Positions 40,180-48,425 of a stretch of DNA of 64,000 nt are shown piece by piece (within the stretch, counting starts at the first letter, position 1; the number at the start of each line of letters is the position of its first letter). Source of the stretch: Felixounavirus LF82P5; the sequence record OZ035800.1, one strand, 5' to 3'. Made by a program: the position numbers and the translations under genes. A model generated the notes under the pieces. The model was not told the DNA's origin, ran no database searches, and was given only the letters and a program-made list of their open reading frames with translations.

Positions 40180-40527
40180 ATGACATTTAAAGAGTTCTGT
40201 CAAGCTACTTTCATAATTGTTTTCTTAGTTGGTGCAGGTGTCTGGGGAGGATACTCTTACAGAGACTATCAAGTTGCTGAAACTGAGCTAAATAATGAGA
40301 AACTAATAAGTGTTGCTAAAGATGCTTATCAGGAAGGTTTAGCCACACTCAGCACCAATTACAAAAATGATTTGAAAGATGTGCTTGCTAAGAATAAGCA
40401 TACAAAAGAGGTACTAACATATGAAAAAACTAAGCCAGAGTTTTATAATGTTTGTGTTACTGATAACTATGTCAGGGTGTTCAACGAACAAAGTGAGCAG
40501 TACATTCAAAAACTCCCAAGTAAGTGA
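40180..40527 (+). CDS. i-spanin-like protein
   Basis: 115 aa: N-terminal TM helix then charged periplasmic-type region; a lipoprotein ORF overlaps its 3' end in another frame. Confidence 0.35.
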   Translation: MTFKEFCQATFIIVFLVGAGVWGGYSYRDYQVAETELNNEKLISVAKDAYQEGLATLSTNYKNDLKDVLAKNKHTKEVLTYEKTKPEFYNVCVTDNYVRVFNEQSEQYIQKLPSK

Positions 40528-40690
40528 GGGTGATAAGTACACCCAAGAAGAATCACGGTATATCATCAAAGGCAACACAGGCAGCGATGTAGCAGCAGCC
40601 CTTGAGTTCTATCGTGACGGCTTTTACCAGTGCACAATCAAAGCTAACAACCTTATTGACATGATTTTATTAGGGAATAAGCAGCAATGA
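40421..40690 (+). CDS. o-spanin-like lipoprotein
   Basis: Signal plus lipobox LLITMSGC; ATG with AGAGG Shine-Dalgarno; overlaps 40180..40527 by about 107 nt. Confidence 0.35.
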   Translation: MKKLSQSFIMFVLLITMSGCSTNKVSSTFKNSQVSEGDKYTQEESRYIIKGNTGSDVAAALEFYRDGFYQCTIKANNLIDMILLGNKQQ

Positions 40691-40956
40691 CAGAGAATCA
40701 AGATACTTTTTACGTAGAAGGGTACTTACTGTTACCACGACCAAAAGAGACTTATATGCGAATTGATTTCTCACCAACCATTATGGATAATGTGATGTGC
40801 CATATCTTTATGCAAGGTGTCACAGCACAGCTTAAACATGTTGGTAAAGAGTGCAAAATAAAGGTTGACACTCATCCAGAAATCAAAGAGAATCACTACA
40901 CATGGTTCTTACCAGATTCTAAAGAAATCTTAGCAGTTCTTAAAACGAGGAAGTAA
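40687..40956 (+). CDS. hypothetical protein
   Basis: 89-aa ORF. Confidence 0.4.
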   Translation: MTENQDTFYVEGYLLLPRPKETYMRIDFSPTIMDNVMCHIFMQGVTAQLKHVGKECKIKVDTHPEIKENHYTWFLPDSKEILAVLKTRK

Positions 40957-40958
40957 CT

Positions 40959-41285
40959 ATGCAGATTAATGGAAGAGACTTTGTAGCCGTTTACTATGAG
41001 AAAGGTAAAGAAGTTGGCGTAGCACAAGTATCTTACGGCAATGGTAAGTGGCTATATGGAACAATCGCAGTAGTAGGAACAAGAAGTGATACAAAAACCT
41101 TTAAAGATTGTGTTGACCTTCTTGAAGAATCCATCCAGAATCATTGGTGTCTGATATGGATGACTGATAACGAAGTGATGGAGCGTTTCAAAAAGATTGA
41201 TATCAACATTGACAGTATTGAGCATGTTGATTTATATGAACTAACTGAGAAGGTAAACTATGAAAGTAATACTAGCCAGAGATAA
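40959..41285 (+). CDS. hypothetical protein
   Basis: 108-aa ORF. Confidence 0.4.
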   Translation: MQINGRDFVAVYYEKGKEVGVAQVSYGNGKWLYGTIAVVGTRSDTKTFKDCVDLLEESIQNHWCLIWMTDNEVMERFKKIDINIDSIEHVDLYELTEKVNYESNTSQR

Positions 41286-41487
41286 AAAGACACGAAAACT
41301 TATAAGGTCAGCAGTATTCATTGGACGAAATGAGGTCATCCCATTTACAGCAAATGATGTGATAGCTTACAGGAAGAACTTAGTATTCACTGACTGCTTA
41401 CGTGGCTTCATCTCTGAACCATTGGAAGACTTTAAAAGTCGTTGTGGTAAAGGTATCATCATTCAAGAGGCAATTATTCATGGCTGA
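41260..41487 (+). CDS. hypothetical protein
   Basis: 75-aa ORF. Confidence 0.35.
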   Translation: MKVILARDKKTRKLIRSAVFIGRNEVIPFTANDVIAYRKNLVFTDCLRGFISEPLEDFKSRCGKGIIIQEAIIHG

Positions 41488-41680
41488 CTTCTGTAAAGAC
41501 TGTTCTATCGAAATGTTCGGACGTGATACAGGTGACTTAAAAGGTCTTATCACTGAAGATGATTTTAAAGCTGGTTATGCAATGCCAGTAATCTGTGAAG
41601 GTTGTGGGTGCATCTGGGTAGACCATGAGGGGCAACGTGTAAAACCTTCAGAAGATAAAGAATCTTGGGAGAGATGCTAA
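41480..41680 (+). CDS. small zinc-binding protein
   Basis: Track ORF trimmed to internal ATG; cysteine pairs CKDC...CEGCGC. Confidence 0.35.
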   Translation: MADFCKDCSIEMFGRDTGDLKGLITEDDFKAGYAMPVICEGCGCIWVDHEGQRVKPSEDKESWERC

Positions 41681-42466
41681 ATGGGTATTGTAAAAATCAT
41701 CAATGGTGATATCTTTGCTGCATTTGATAAAGGTAAGTTTGACATCATTGGTCATGGTTGTAACTGCATGAACCTAATGGGCGCAGGTATCGCTGACAAG
41801 ATTTCTAAACTTTACCCAAAAGCATATGAGACCGATACAGAAGTTTATCTCTATGCAGGTGGTATAGGTCACAAACCCTGTGAGAATTTACTAGGTAATT
41901 TCTCTGTAGCACGCTTAAAACAAGGTCGTATAGCTAACCTTTACACTCAGCTTAAGACTGGTAAAGATGCCCGATACAGTGCTTTAGAGTCATCTTTGAA
42001 ACAGCTTAACAGATACTGTGAAGTTAATCAGTTGAAGAAAGTTGGTTTACCTATGATTGGTGCAGGTATCGGTGGACTTGACCCTCAAGCCATCACAGTT
42101 ATCATCAATCAGGTGATGAAGAGTGTAGATGTTTATCTGTATGTCTATGAAGGCGAGATGTACCACAAGTTACGCTCAGGTTGGAAGAACTACTGTGAAC
42201 CAGAATACTTTGCAGGTGTAGCAGTGTTCACAGATAACGCAGTTACCCTCTTCAGACGAAGAAAAGGTAAGATACATCAAAGTAACCCTCCGGTTGAAAA
42301 GATGTCTCTAAGTAACGCTCTAGTTACCCACCTGTCAAAGAGCAATCACAGAATTGCTGTAACATTTGGTAGTGATGCAGAAGCTTATATCTATGCAAGA
42401 ACTGATGAGGATATCGAGGCAATCTTCTCTTCACCAGAAGTTACCTTCTTAGACGCAAAGAACTAA
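41681..42466 (+). CDS. macro-domain protein (putative ADP-ribose-binding/hydrolase)
   Basis: N-terminal GDI...DII.HGCNCMNLMGAGIA and GLPMIGAGIGGL resemble macro-domain signatures (GDIT...VNAAN.LLGGGGV; FPAISTGVYG). Confidence 0.45.
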   Translation: MGIVKIINGDIFAAFDKGKFDIIGHGCNCMNLMGAGIADKISKLYPKAYETDTEVYLYAGGIGHKPCENLLGNFSVARLKQGRIANLYTQLKTGKDARYSALESSLKQLNRYCEVNQLKKVGLPMIGAGIGGLDPQAITVIINQVMKSVDVYLYVYEGEMYHKLRSGWKNYCEPEYFAGVAVFTDNAVTLFRRRKGKIHQSNPPVEKMSLSNALVTHLSKSNHRIAVTFGSDAEAYIYARTDEDIEAIFSSPEVTFLDAKN

Positions 42467-42539
42467 GAAACTCTGTAGGATATTCACAATAGCCTAAGCC
42501 TTTCTTATCTGGTAAATTTTTCAGGTAAGGAGGGCTTTT

Positions 42540-42561
42540 TCATTTTAGAATTGTGCAGGTA
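42540..42561 (+). repeat. iteron-like direct repeat R1
   Basis: TCATTTTAGAATTGTGCAGGTA; identical to R4. Confidence 0.6.
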
Positions 42562-42612
42562 GAGTTCTGTAGAGAAATCTGTAGAGAGAATTTTGAACTC
42601 CAAAGAGAAAAT

Positions 42613-42634
42613 TCATTTTCAAACTGTGCAGGTA
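42613..42634 (+). repeat. iteron-like direct repeat R2
   Basis: TCATTTTCAAACTGTGCAGGTA. Confidence 0.6.
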
Positions 42635-42651
42635 ATCTCCAAAGAGCTTTT

Positions 42652-42673
42652 TCATTTTCAAAACGTGCAGACC
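42652..42673 (+). repeat. iteron-like direct repeat R3
   Basis: TCATTTTCAAAACGTGCAGACC. Confidence 0.55.
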
Positions 42674-42696
42674 CCGCTCAGGTCGGGCAAGAAAAA

Positions 42697-42718
42697 TCAT
42701 TTTAGAATTGTGCAGGTA
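42697..42718 (+). repeat. iteron-like direct repeat R4
   Basis: TCATTTTAGAATTGTGCAGGTA. Confidence 0.6.
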
Positions 42719-42733
42719 GGTTTTTATAGACAG

Positions 42734-42772
42734 CCAGCCCAACCCCTCTCCCCCTCTTACTCCCCCTCTCCC
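42734..42772 (+). other. polypyrimidine (C-rich) tract
   Basis: CCAGCCCAACCCCTCTCCCCCTCTTACTCCCCCTCTCCCC, strongly out of character for a roughly 39% GC genome. Confidence 0.6.
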
Positions 42773-42894
42773 CAAAAGTCAAGAGAAAAATTTGTAGCGG
42801 ATTGAAAAATAATTCTTGATTTGCGTTCTGTTTTGTGGTAGTCGTGCGCACCCGTTTCATTACAGTTTTGCCAAAAATATTTTTAAAATTTTTA

Positions 42895-42986
42895 TTGACT
42901 CTTTGAACGTGGTTATCTAATATTTACATCAACGGGGAGGGAATGACCTTCCCCACTAAATAAAATCCTAAACTGGAGATTCAAAA
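42895..42986 (+). promoter_or_regulatory. promoter-hairpin-RBS cassette, copy 1
   Basis: TTGACT-17 nt-TAATAT, then GGGGAGGGAATGACCTTCCCC hairpin, then ...CCTAAACTGGAGATTCAAAA-ATG. Confidence 0.6.
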
Positions 42987-43175
42987 ATGGCATCAAGAAA
43001 AATTAAAGTTGGCGATGAGGTTAACATTAAGCACGAATACTCTTACAAAATGCTAACTATACGCTCTTATAAGGTTTATCAGGTGGAAGCTATCCACAAA
43101 GATAATACTTTTTCCTTAAAAGGGTATAGCGAACGTTTCCCTGCTGAACTCTTTGAGAAATGGAGCGCGAAATAA
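42987..43175 (+). CDS. hypothetical small protein
   Basis: 62-aa ORF driven by cassette copy 1. Confidence 0.5.
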   Translation: MASRKIKVGDEVNIKHEYSYKMLTIRSYKVYQVEAIHKDNTFSLKGYSERFPAELFEKWSAK

Positions 43176-43381
43176 TGCTTTACAGTCGCGAATTGATGGT
43201 TACAACTAACGTTAACACAAAGGCAAAACGTTTTTACATGCAAATCTGTGGCGTATGGTCCAGAATATCAGAAGCTGACTATTGCAACTATGTAGAAACA
43301 GCTATAAACTCTAATTGCTACCTTACAAGAAATACTAAAAAATTTACGAGACAGACAGCAATTTACTACTACGATAAATAA
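43175..43381 (+). CDS. hypothetical small protein
   Basis: Start at ATG overlapping the upstream stop (TAATG); 68 aa. Confidence 0.4.
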   Translation: MLYSRELMVTTNVNTKAKRFYMQICGVWSRISEADYCNYVETAINSNCYLTRNTKKFTRQTAIYYYDK

Positions 43382-43395
43382 AAAGTACTTTACAA

Positions 43396-43424
43396 GGGGC
43401 TTATAGTTCGATAAAGTAAGCCCC
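43396..43424 (+). other. intergenic hairpin upstream of conserved leader
   Basis: GGGGCTTA-13 nt-TAAGCCCC then the conserved leader ...CCTTAAACTAGGAGATTCAAAA-ATG; no T run. Confidence 0.4.
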
Positions 43425-43467
43425 AGATAAAGAGCTTTACACAATCCTTAAACTAGGAGATTCAAAA

Positions 43468-44010
43468 ATGAAATGCTATCACGGAACTACTCAAGAAAAT
43501 TTCCTCAACCTGATTAATAACGGTGATAAACCATCAGGCGCATGGAATTGTTCGGATATGGACGGCAATTTTTACGTGTATCCAGAAAATAAAATCTATG
43601 GCGACGATGAGGAAGAAATAGCATCAGAGGGCATTCAGCAAGCTCTAGGCAATGCCACTATCACCGCAGCTTTTCAGATGAAGACTCAAAATATTGTTAT
43701 CTTAGAACTCGATATTCCAGAGGATGAGCTAAATGATGATTATTCTTGTGATAATATGTCGAGTGTAGCAAGTTTTACAGAGTACTTTGATGTAAATTGG
43801 ATTAAAAAGGTCTATACAACAGAGTTTAACGCTATGTATTCACCTTTTTGTCTTCCTTCATTGGATAACCCAAATTTAAACTATCTTGATGAGTCTCTGG
43901 AGCTTCTTGCTAAAAGTGTTCAACAGTCGGACAGTATTCAGGTTTATTGTGACATCATGGATACACTGACAGGAAACATTGCAGAAGAGGATTTAAAGAG
44001 CTTTTTCTAA
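43468..44010 (+). CDS. hypothetical protein
   Basis: 180-aa acidic ORF with conserved leader and RBS. Confidence 0.5.
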   Translation: MKCYHGTTQENFLNLINNGDKPSGAWNCSDMDGNFYVYPENKIYGDDEEEIASEGIQQALGNATITAAFQMKTQNIVILELDIPEDELNDDYSCDNMSSVASFTEYFDVNWIKKVYTTEFNAMYSPFCLPSLDNPNLNYLDESLELLAKSVQQSDSIQVYCDIMDTLTGNIAEEDLKSFF

Positions 44011-44041
44011 AAACCTATGCAATCACCTTATAAACACTAAT

Positions 44042-44062
44042 CAGCCCCTTGTAGGGGCTTTT
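44042..44062 (+). terminator. hairpin (weak terminator)
   Basis: AGCCCC-TTGTA-GGGGCT followed by TTT. Confidence 0.35.
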
Positions 44063-44076
44063 AGAGGGCTTAAATC

Positions 44077-44310
44077 ATGCTTACAACCATTTACCTCATC
44101 CTTTCCATCTGTAATGGTCATTCATGTGATTTTAAAGGGCTTGAAGAGTTTACAGGAAGTAAAGAAAATGCTATTCAAGTTTGCCAGATAGCAAGACAAG
44201 ACTATCCCGCTAGTGATGATATACAATGTTACTTTAAGACAGAAGATGAAGACGGTATCTATTTTGACAGCGTAGATGGTCAGTATGAAATTATCATTGA
44301 AAAAGACTAG
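44077..44310 (+). CDS. hypothetical small protein
   Basis: 77-aa ORF. Confidence 0.45.
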   Translation: MLTTIYLILSICNGHSCDFKGLEEFTGSKENAIQVCQIARQDYPASDDIQCYFKTEDEDGIYFDSVDGQYEIIIEKD

Positions 44311-44401
44311 ACAAGCCTGATAAAAATCTGTAAATTGTCAATCAACGGGGAGGGAATGACCTTCCCCACTAAGTACAATCCTTAAACTAGGAGATTCAAA
44401 A
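44308..44401 (+). promoter_or_regulatory. promoter-hairpin-RBS cassette, copy 2
   Basis: TAGACA-17 nt-TAAATT, the same GGGGAGGGAATGACCTTCCCC hairpin, AGGAG RBS; -35 overlaps the upstream stop codon. Confidence 0.55.
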
Positions 44402-44743
44402 ATGGCTTATGTAACCGTAATTACCGATAAAGAAAATTCATCTTGGTCAACTCAAGTAAGTGATAAGATGTCACCTATGCAGTGCCTAAAATACTTTGAA
44501 CAGTGGAACAAAGGCGAGGACACAAGCCCCTTTCAAGTGATGCAGATTATCCATGTAGATAACGAAGGGAATAAAACGGTTTTAAATAGTGAGTACTACG
44601 CAAGCCGTTTTGAAACGAGAAGTAAAACAATGAAGCTTTTACGTGAATCCGGTTATGCCCATATCGCCGCGTTAATCTGGGATGACCTGCTAAAAAACCA
44701 ACGTATCAGCTATGTAAAACCTGAAAAAATATTCATCAGTTAA
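44402..44743 (+). CDS. hypothetical protein
   Basis: 113-aa ORF driven by cassette copy 2. Confidence 0.5.
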   Translation: MAYVTVITDKENSSWSTQVSDKMSPMQCLKYFEQWNKGEDTSPFQVMQIIHVDNEGNKTVLNSEYYASRFETRSKTMKLLRESGYAHIAALIWDDLLKNQRISYVKPEKIFIS

Positions 44744-44774
44744 TCAATAACTTACAAAAAACTTTTAAAAAAAT

Positions 44775-44796
44775 GTTGACAATACCCCTTGACATT
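44775..44796 (+). promoter_or_regulatory. tandem TTGACA module (third copy, divergent)
   Basis: GTTGACAATACCCCTTGACATT; same tandem -35-like architecture as 12659 and 56049. Confidence 0.35.
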
Positions 44797-44872
44797 GGTA
44801 ACTTTGTTCGAGGGGGTTTATCTAAAAGGGATTCACTTAAAAGATTCTTTATAGATAAGCTCAAAAAATTAC

Positions 44873-44966
44873 TTGCAATCAGCTATCAAAACAAGTAAAT
44901 TACTAATCAACGGGGAGGGAATGAACTTCCCCACTAAACAAAGCCCTTAAACTAGGAGATTCTAAA
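44873..44966 (+). promoter_or_regulatory. promoter-hairpin-RBS cassette, copy 3
   Basis: TTGCAA-17 nt-TAAATT, hairpin GGGGAGGGAATGAACTTCCCC, AGGAG RBS. Confidence 0.55.
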
Positions 44967-45497
44967 ATGAACAAGTTCAAAGCTATCAACTACATCCGTT
45001 CAAATGCTGTAATGTCTAAGCCTGTAAAAGATACATACGAATTTCGTTGTAATGGGGTACACTTTGCAACCATCACTAAGTCAGAAAACGGGGCTTATTA
45101 TGTACATCGTCGTAATGTTGCAACCGTTGTAGTCTCTCACTTTATGCAAGCTGTAGCGGAATTATTACCGTTATTCTTAGAGATTTACTTAAATGAGTGT
45201 AAAAACGTTCACAACCACGTTAAAAACCTTTTAAACGGTTATAAAATGGCTTATGAACGCTCTATCAAGTCACTAAACAAGTTTTACAATGCACCTGCAA
45301 ATACTGTTTCAATGGCTTATGATGTAAACGGTGAGTTAGTTAGTCTCTTTAAAGTGGAAGAGATTAAACTGTATAATTTACGTCCTAGTGGTTACTCTAA
45401 GACTCTTGGTGAAGGTTTAACGTTCAATATCAAGAACTTAGAAAAAACTTTAAAAGATATTGAAAAAGATATTGACGAGACACTTAAAAGTCTGTAA
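44967..45497 (+). CDS. hypothetical protein
   Basis: 176-aa ORF driven by cassette copy 3. Confidence 0.5.
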   Translation: MNKFKAINYIRSNAVMSKPVKDTYEFRCNGVHFATITKSENGAYYVHRRNVATVVVSHFMQAVAELLPLFLEIYLNECKNVHNHVKNLLNGYKMAYERSIKSLNKFYNAPANTVSMAYDVNGELVSLFKVEEIKLYNLRPSGYSKTLGEGLTFNIKNLEKTLKDIEKDIDETLKSL

Positions 45498-45563
45498 ATT
45501 GTCAATCAACGGGGAGGGAATGACCTTCCCCACTAAATAAAGTCCTAAACTGGAGTTATCAAG
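45472..45563 (+). promoter_or_regulatory. promoter-hairpin-RBS cassette, copy 4
   Basis: TTGACG-17 nt-TAAATT where TAA is the stop codon of the upstream gene; same hairpin; GGAG RBS. Confidence 0.6.
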
Positions 45564-45827
45564 ATGGAAAACGTAGAATTAACCACACTTTTACAAATTG
45601 CAACCGACAAAGAAAACGTAGCTTTATTTCACCGCATCGAAAGTGATTTGTTCAATGGTGAAATCATCAAAGAGTCTTACGAGGTTGTTGGATTCAAAGA
45701 TGGTAAAACATTTGGATTCTTTGACCTCGAAAAAGGCAACGCTGTTACAAAATATGATGTTTTATCTTGTGAGATTCTTACAAAATACAACGAAAAAAGG
45801 CTTGCAACATACGCTAATATGCAGTAA
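45564..45827 (+). CDS. hypothetical small protein
   Basis: 87-aa ORF driven by cassette copy 4. Confidence 0.5.
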   Translation: MENVELTTLLQIATDKENVALFHRIESDLFNGEIIKESYEVVGFKDGKTFGFFDLEKGNAVTKYDVLSCEILTKYNEKRLATYANMQ

Positions 45828-45893
45828 ATTACTAATCAACGGGAGGCGATAACCTCCCCACTAAATAAAACCCTTAAACTAGGAGATTCAAAA
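45802..45893 (+). promoter_or_regulatory. promoter-hairpin-RBS cassette, copy 5
   Basis: TTGCAA-17 nt-TAAATT (TAA is the upstream stop), variant hairpin GGGAGGCGATAACCTCCCC, AGGAG RBS. Confidence 0.55.
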
Positions 45894-46142
45894 ATGGCAA
45901 CTATCCGCGCTACTGTTAACGAGTTCGGTTTTTCCTCTCTGGATGTTAAATTTGACATTGCAGGCACTGATAACGCCTTTGAAATGGTGAAAGGTCTTAT
46001 CAGTCAGACCATCAAAGACTATAATCCTTCTGATGAGTTCTGGAAAGAAACAAAACAGGAAGTTCTCAAAGAGGGTTATTCTTATCACTATTGGGGTGAA
46101 AAAATTGTCTCTCTGTACTACGACAAAGAAGGCACTAACTAA
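45894..46142 (+). CDS. hypothetical small protein
   Basis: 82-aa ORF driven by cassette copy 5. Confidence 0.5.
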   Translation: MATIRATVNEFGFSSLDVKFDIAGTDNAFEMVKGLISQTIKDYNPSDEFWKETKQEVLKEGYSYHYWGEKIVSLYYDKEGTN

Positions 46143-46182
46143 ACGCCGCAGCGGGGCTAAATAGCCCCAGATACCTTTATAC

Positions 46183-46204
46183 AGCCCCTCATAGGGGCTT
46201 TTTT
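46183..46204 (+). terminator. rho-independent terminator
   Basis: AGCCCC-TCAT-AGGGGCT followed by TTTTTT; preceded by a second hairpin GGGGCT-AAAT-AGCCCC. Confidence 0.7.
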
Positions 46205-46205
46205 A

Positions 46206-47801
46206 CGTCTATCCAATCCTTATACAATCCCTTTCCCTTTCCTTTCCAGAATCTTATCAGACCTTAAAAACAATAACTCTATAGTCTACTCTATAACCCT
46301 TTATCAAATCAACTTAAATATAAGCCCATAACCCGAAAGGGAAGGGCAACCATTAAAACGCTCTATAAAGCTCTATAACAGCCTTATCAACCTAACTTAA
46401 GGGATTGCATTAACCTATCTTAAAAAGCTCTTTACAGGGCTTTATAGAGCCTTAAAAGAATCTTATAAGGGTGTAAGCTTTATCATCTCGTTAGCTATCT
46501 TGTGAATAACTAAAAAGGGCTATGAGATAGGAATCTATCGAATCCTATTGATAGTGTCTAAAAAGTATGTTATAGGGGCTATAAAGTTACTTTGAAGTAG
46601 CTTAAAAGTTACGTAAATGCTAGCCCCCTTAACATTCTCTTAACAAATTCTTAACAATCCCTACATAGTTATGCTTGTTAGCAACTTGTTAGCCCCTTGT
46701 TAAATCTCTGTTAAGACCACGTAAAAGCCTTGTAAGAGCCTTTGACATAGCCTTAAAAGCTCCTGTAAAGCCCTATAAAGAGCTTTCTTCATAGTTGGGG
46801 TGTAATTACTAGGAAGAGCCTTAAAAGAGCTTACAAGGAGCTATAGAGAGCTTTTAAGAGGTATGTTTAAAGAGTCACTAAGAGGGAAAGGGAACGATAA
46901 GAAAAGAGATAGTGACCATGTTAATAGCTTGTTAAAAAGATTAAATACTTGTTAGAAACTTGTTAATTATCTTAACAAAATAACTCTTTAAAATTAACTT
47001 GTTAGCTCTTGTTAGTCATCTGTTAAGCCTCTGTAAAGACTATTCAGCAACTGTTAAGAAACTGTTACAGCCTTGTTAGTTCTGTTAAGAATCTGTTAAG
47101 ACCTTTGAAGAGCTGTTAAGAAGATGTGAGAACTGTTAAGAGATTGTTAAGGATATTTTAAAATTTTGCAAAGTACTTGTAAGGGAGCTGTTAAGGGCTA
47201 CCAAGCAGATATACATCTTCTACAGATATTTTTGAGTTCCTTCAAAGACCCTAAAAAATGACTTGACAGTCCTATTTTATAAAAATTTTAAGATTCTGAA
47301 TAATTACCTATACAGTCTTTTAAAAATACAGGTAGAAACAGGTTTATAAGATACCTTGTTAGTACCGTGTTAGACCTTGTGAGATAAGGTCTGTAAAGAT
47401 ATTCCTGTTAAGTTTGTTAAAACAGTCTATATAGAGGCTTAGTAATACCTAGTGAACACCTATAGAGAGTGTCATAGCTTACATAGAGATTAAGAGGTGT
47501 ATAGGAGCTTCTAAGAGTGTGTAGAGAGATGGTTAAGATGATTGTATAGGTTGTTTAGAAGGCTTGTTAGAAGAGTGTTTAGATGGCTATTTAGAAGGGC
47601 TATACAGAGGGCTATTAAGACCACTAGATAGTTGCTAAGATACTATATAGTACTATATAACTATATAGAGAGTAAGATTAAGAAGGTTGTTAAGAAGGGT
47701 AGATATTTTGTTCACATATGATGGTGACCCAGAGGTTGGGACAACCGATAAAATTTTATAAAAATTAAAAAGCCCCCAATTAAGGAGGCTCTTAAGATAT
47801 T
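46206..47801. other. 1.6-kb repeat-dense region with no ORF of 60 codons or more
   Basis: No track ORF on either strand; dense short direct and inverted repeats (CTGTTAAG, CTTGTTAG, AGCCTTAAAAG, CTATAAAGAGC, TTTAGAAGG, ACTATATA). Confidence 0.6.
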
Positions 47802-48425
47802 TTAAATCAGTGTTTCCAGAACTGTCTTCAGTGATGACTTGGTTGTCTGATAAAAATGAGTAAATCCATTGTTGTTATCGAATATCTGCATCATGATATC
47901 ATCTCCCTTGATTGGGTACACTCGGATATCATAGTGAAAACCATTAAAGACACAAGAACCACTACAGAATGCACTAAAGTCAGCCACTGAGATGTACTCT
48001 TCATGACCTGTGATTTTTATACAGACACCCTTACTTGGTCTCTTAGGGTTGATATCTTCCATCACAGACATACTCTGTCCACCAAGAGATACCATAGTGA
48101 CCACTTTACGGTTCTTCTGTCTAAAGTACATCTTAACTTTCTGTAAAGTGTCTTCATAGAACGGATAAGACCTTTCTACAAAGATTCCTTCAAGTGGCTC
48201 TTTACCATTTTCAACTTCTCGGTTATGCCGTACTGCAAAGATAATTTGTTCGAACCAGTCAAGATTTTCTTCGGAGAGTGCTTCTCGAACATCACTCCAG
48301 TCAAGTACTAGGTAGTTACCTTCAACTTCTTTTAAGTTATCTTTTTCCATAGATATCACACCATTATCGTAAAACTTGATATTCTGGTACTGCGAATTTA
48401 TTACTATTGTTCTTGATGAGGTCAT
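47802..48425 (-). CDS. hypothetical protein
   Basis: 207-aa ORF, last gene of a compact minus-strand block. Confidence 0.45.
   Translation of the reverse strand: MTSSRTIVINSQYQNIKFYDNGVISMEKDNLKEVEGNYLVLDWSDVREALSEENLDWFEQIIFAVRHNREVENGKEPLEGIFVERSYPFYEDTLQKVKMYFRQKNRKVVTMVSLGGQSMSVMEDINPKRPSKGVCIKITGHEEYISVADFSAFCSGSCVFNGFHYDIRVYPIKGDDIMMQIFDNNNGFTHFYQTTKSSLKTVLETLI

Noticed and set aside
42540-42719. Possible CRISPR array suggested by four about 22-bp direct repeats
   Set aside because: Repeat spacing is irregular (73, 39, 45 bp), the repeats are partly degenerate and too short, and no cas genes or leader are present; iterons or operator sites fit better
42545-42805. Track ORFs 42545..42775 (-) and 42593..42805 (+)
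   Set aside because: They run through the iteron and polypyrimidine region, start with non-ATG codons, lack an RBS and translate to low-complexity sequence; treated as spurious
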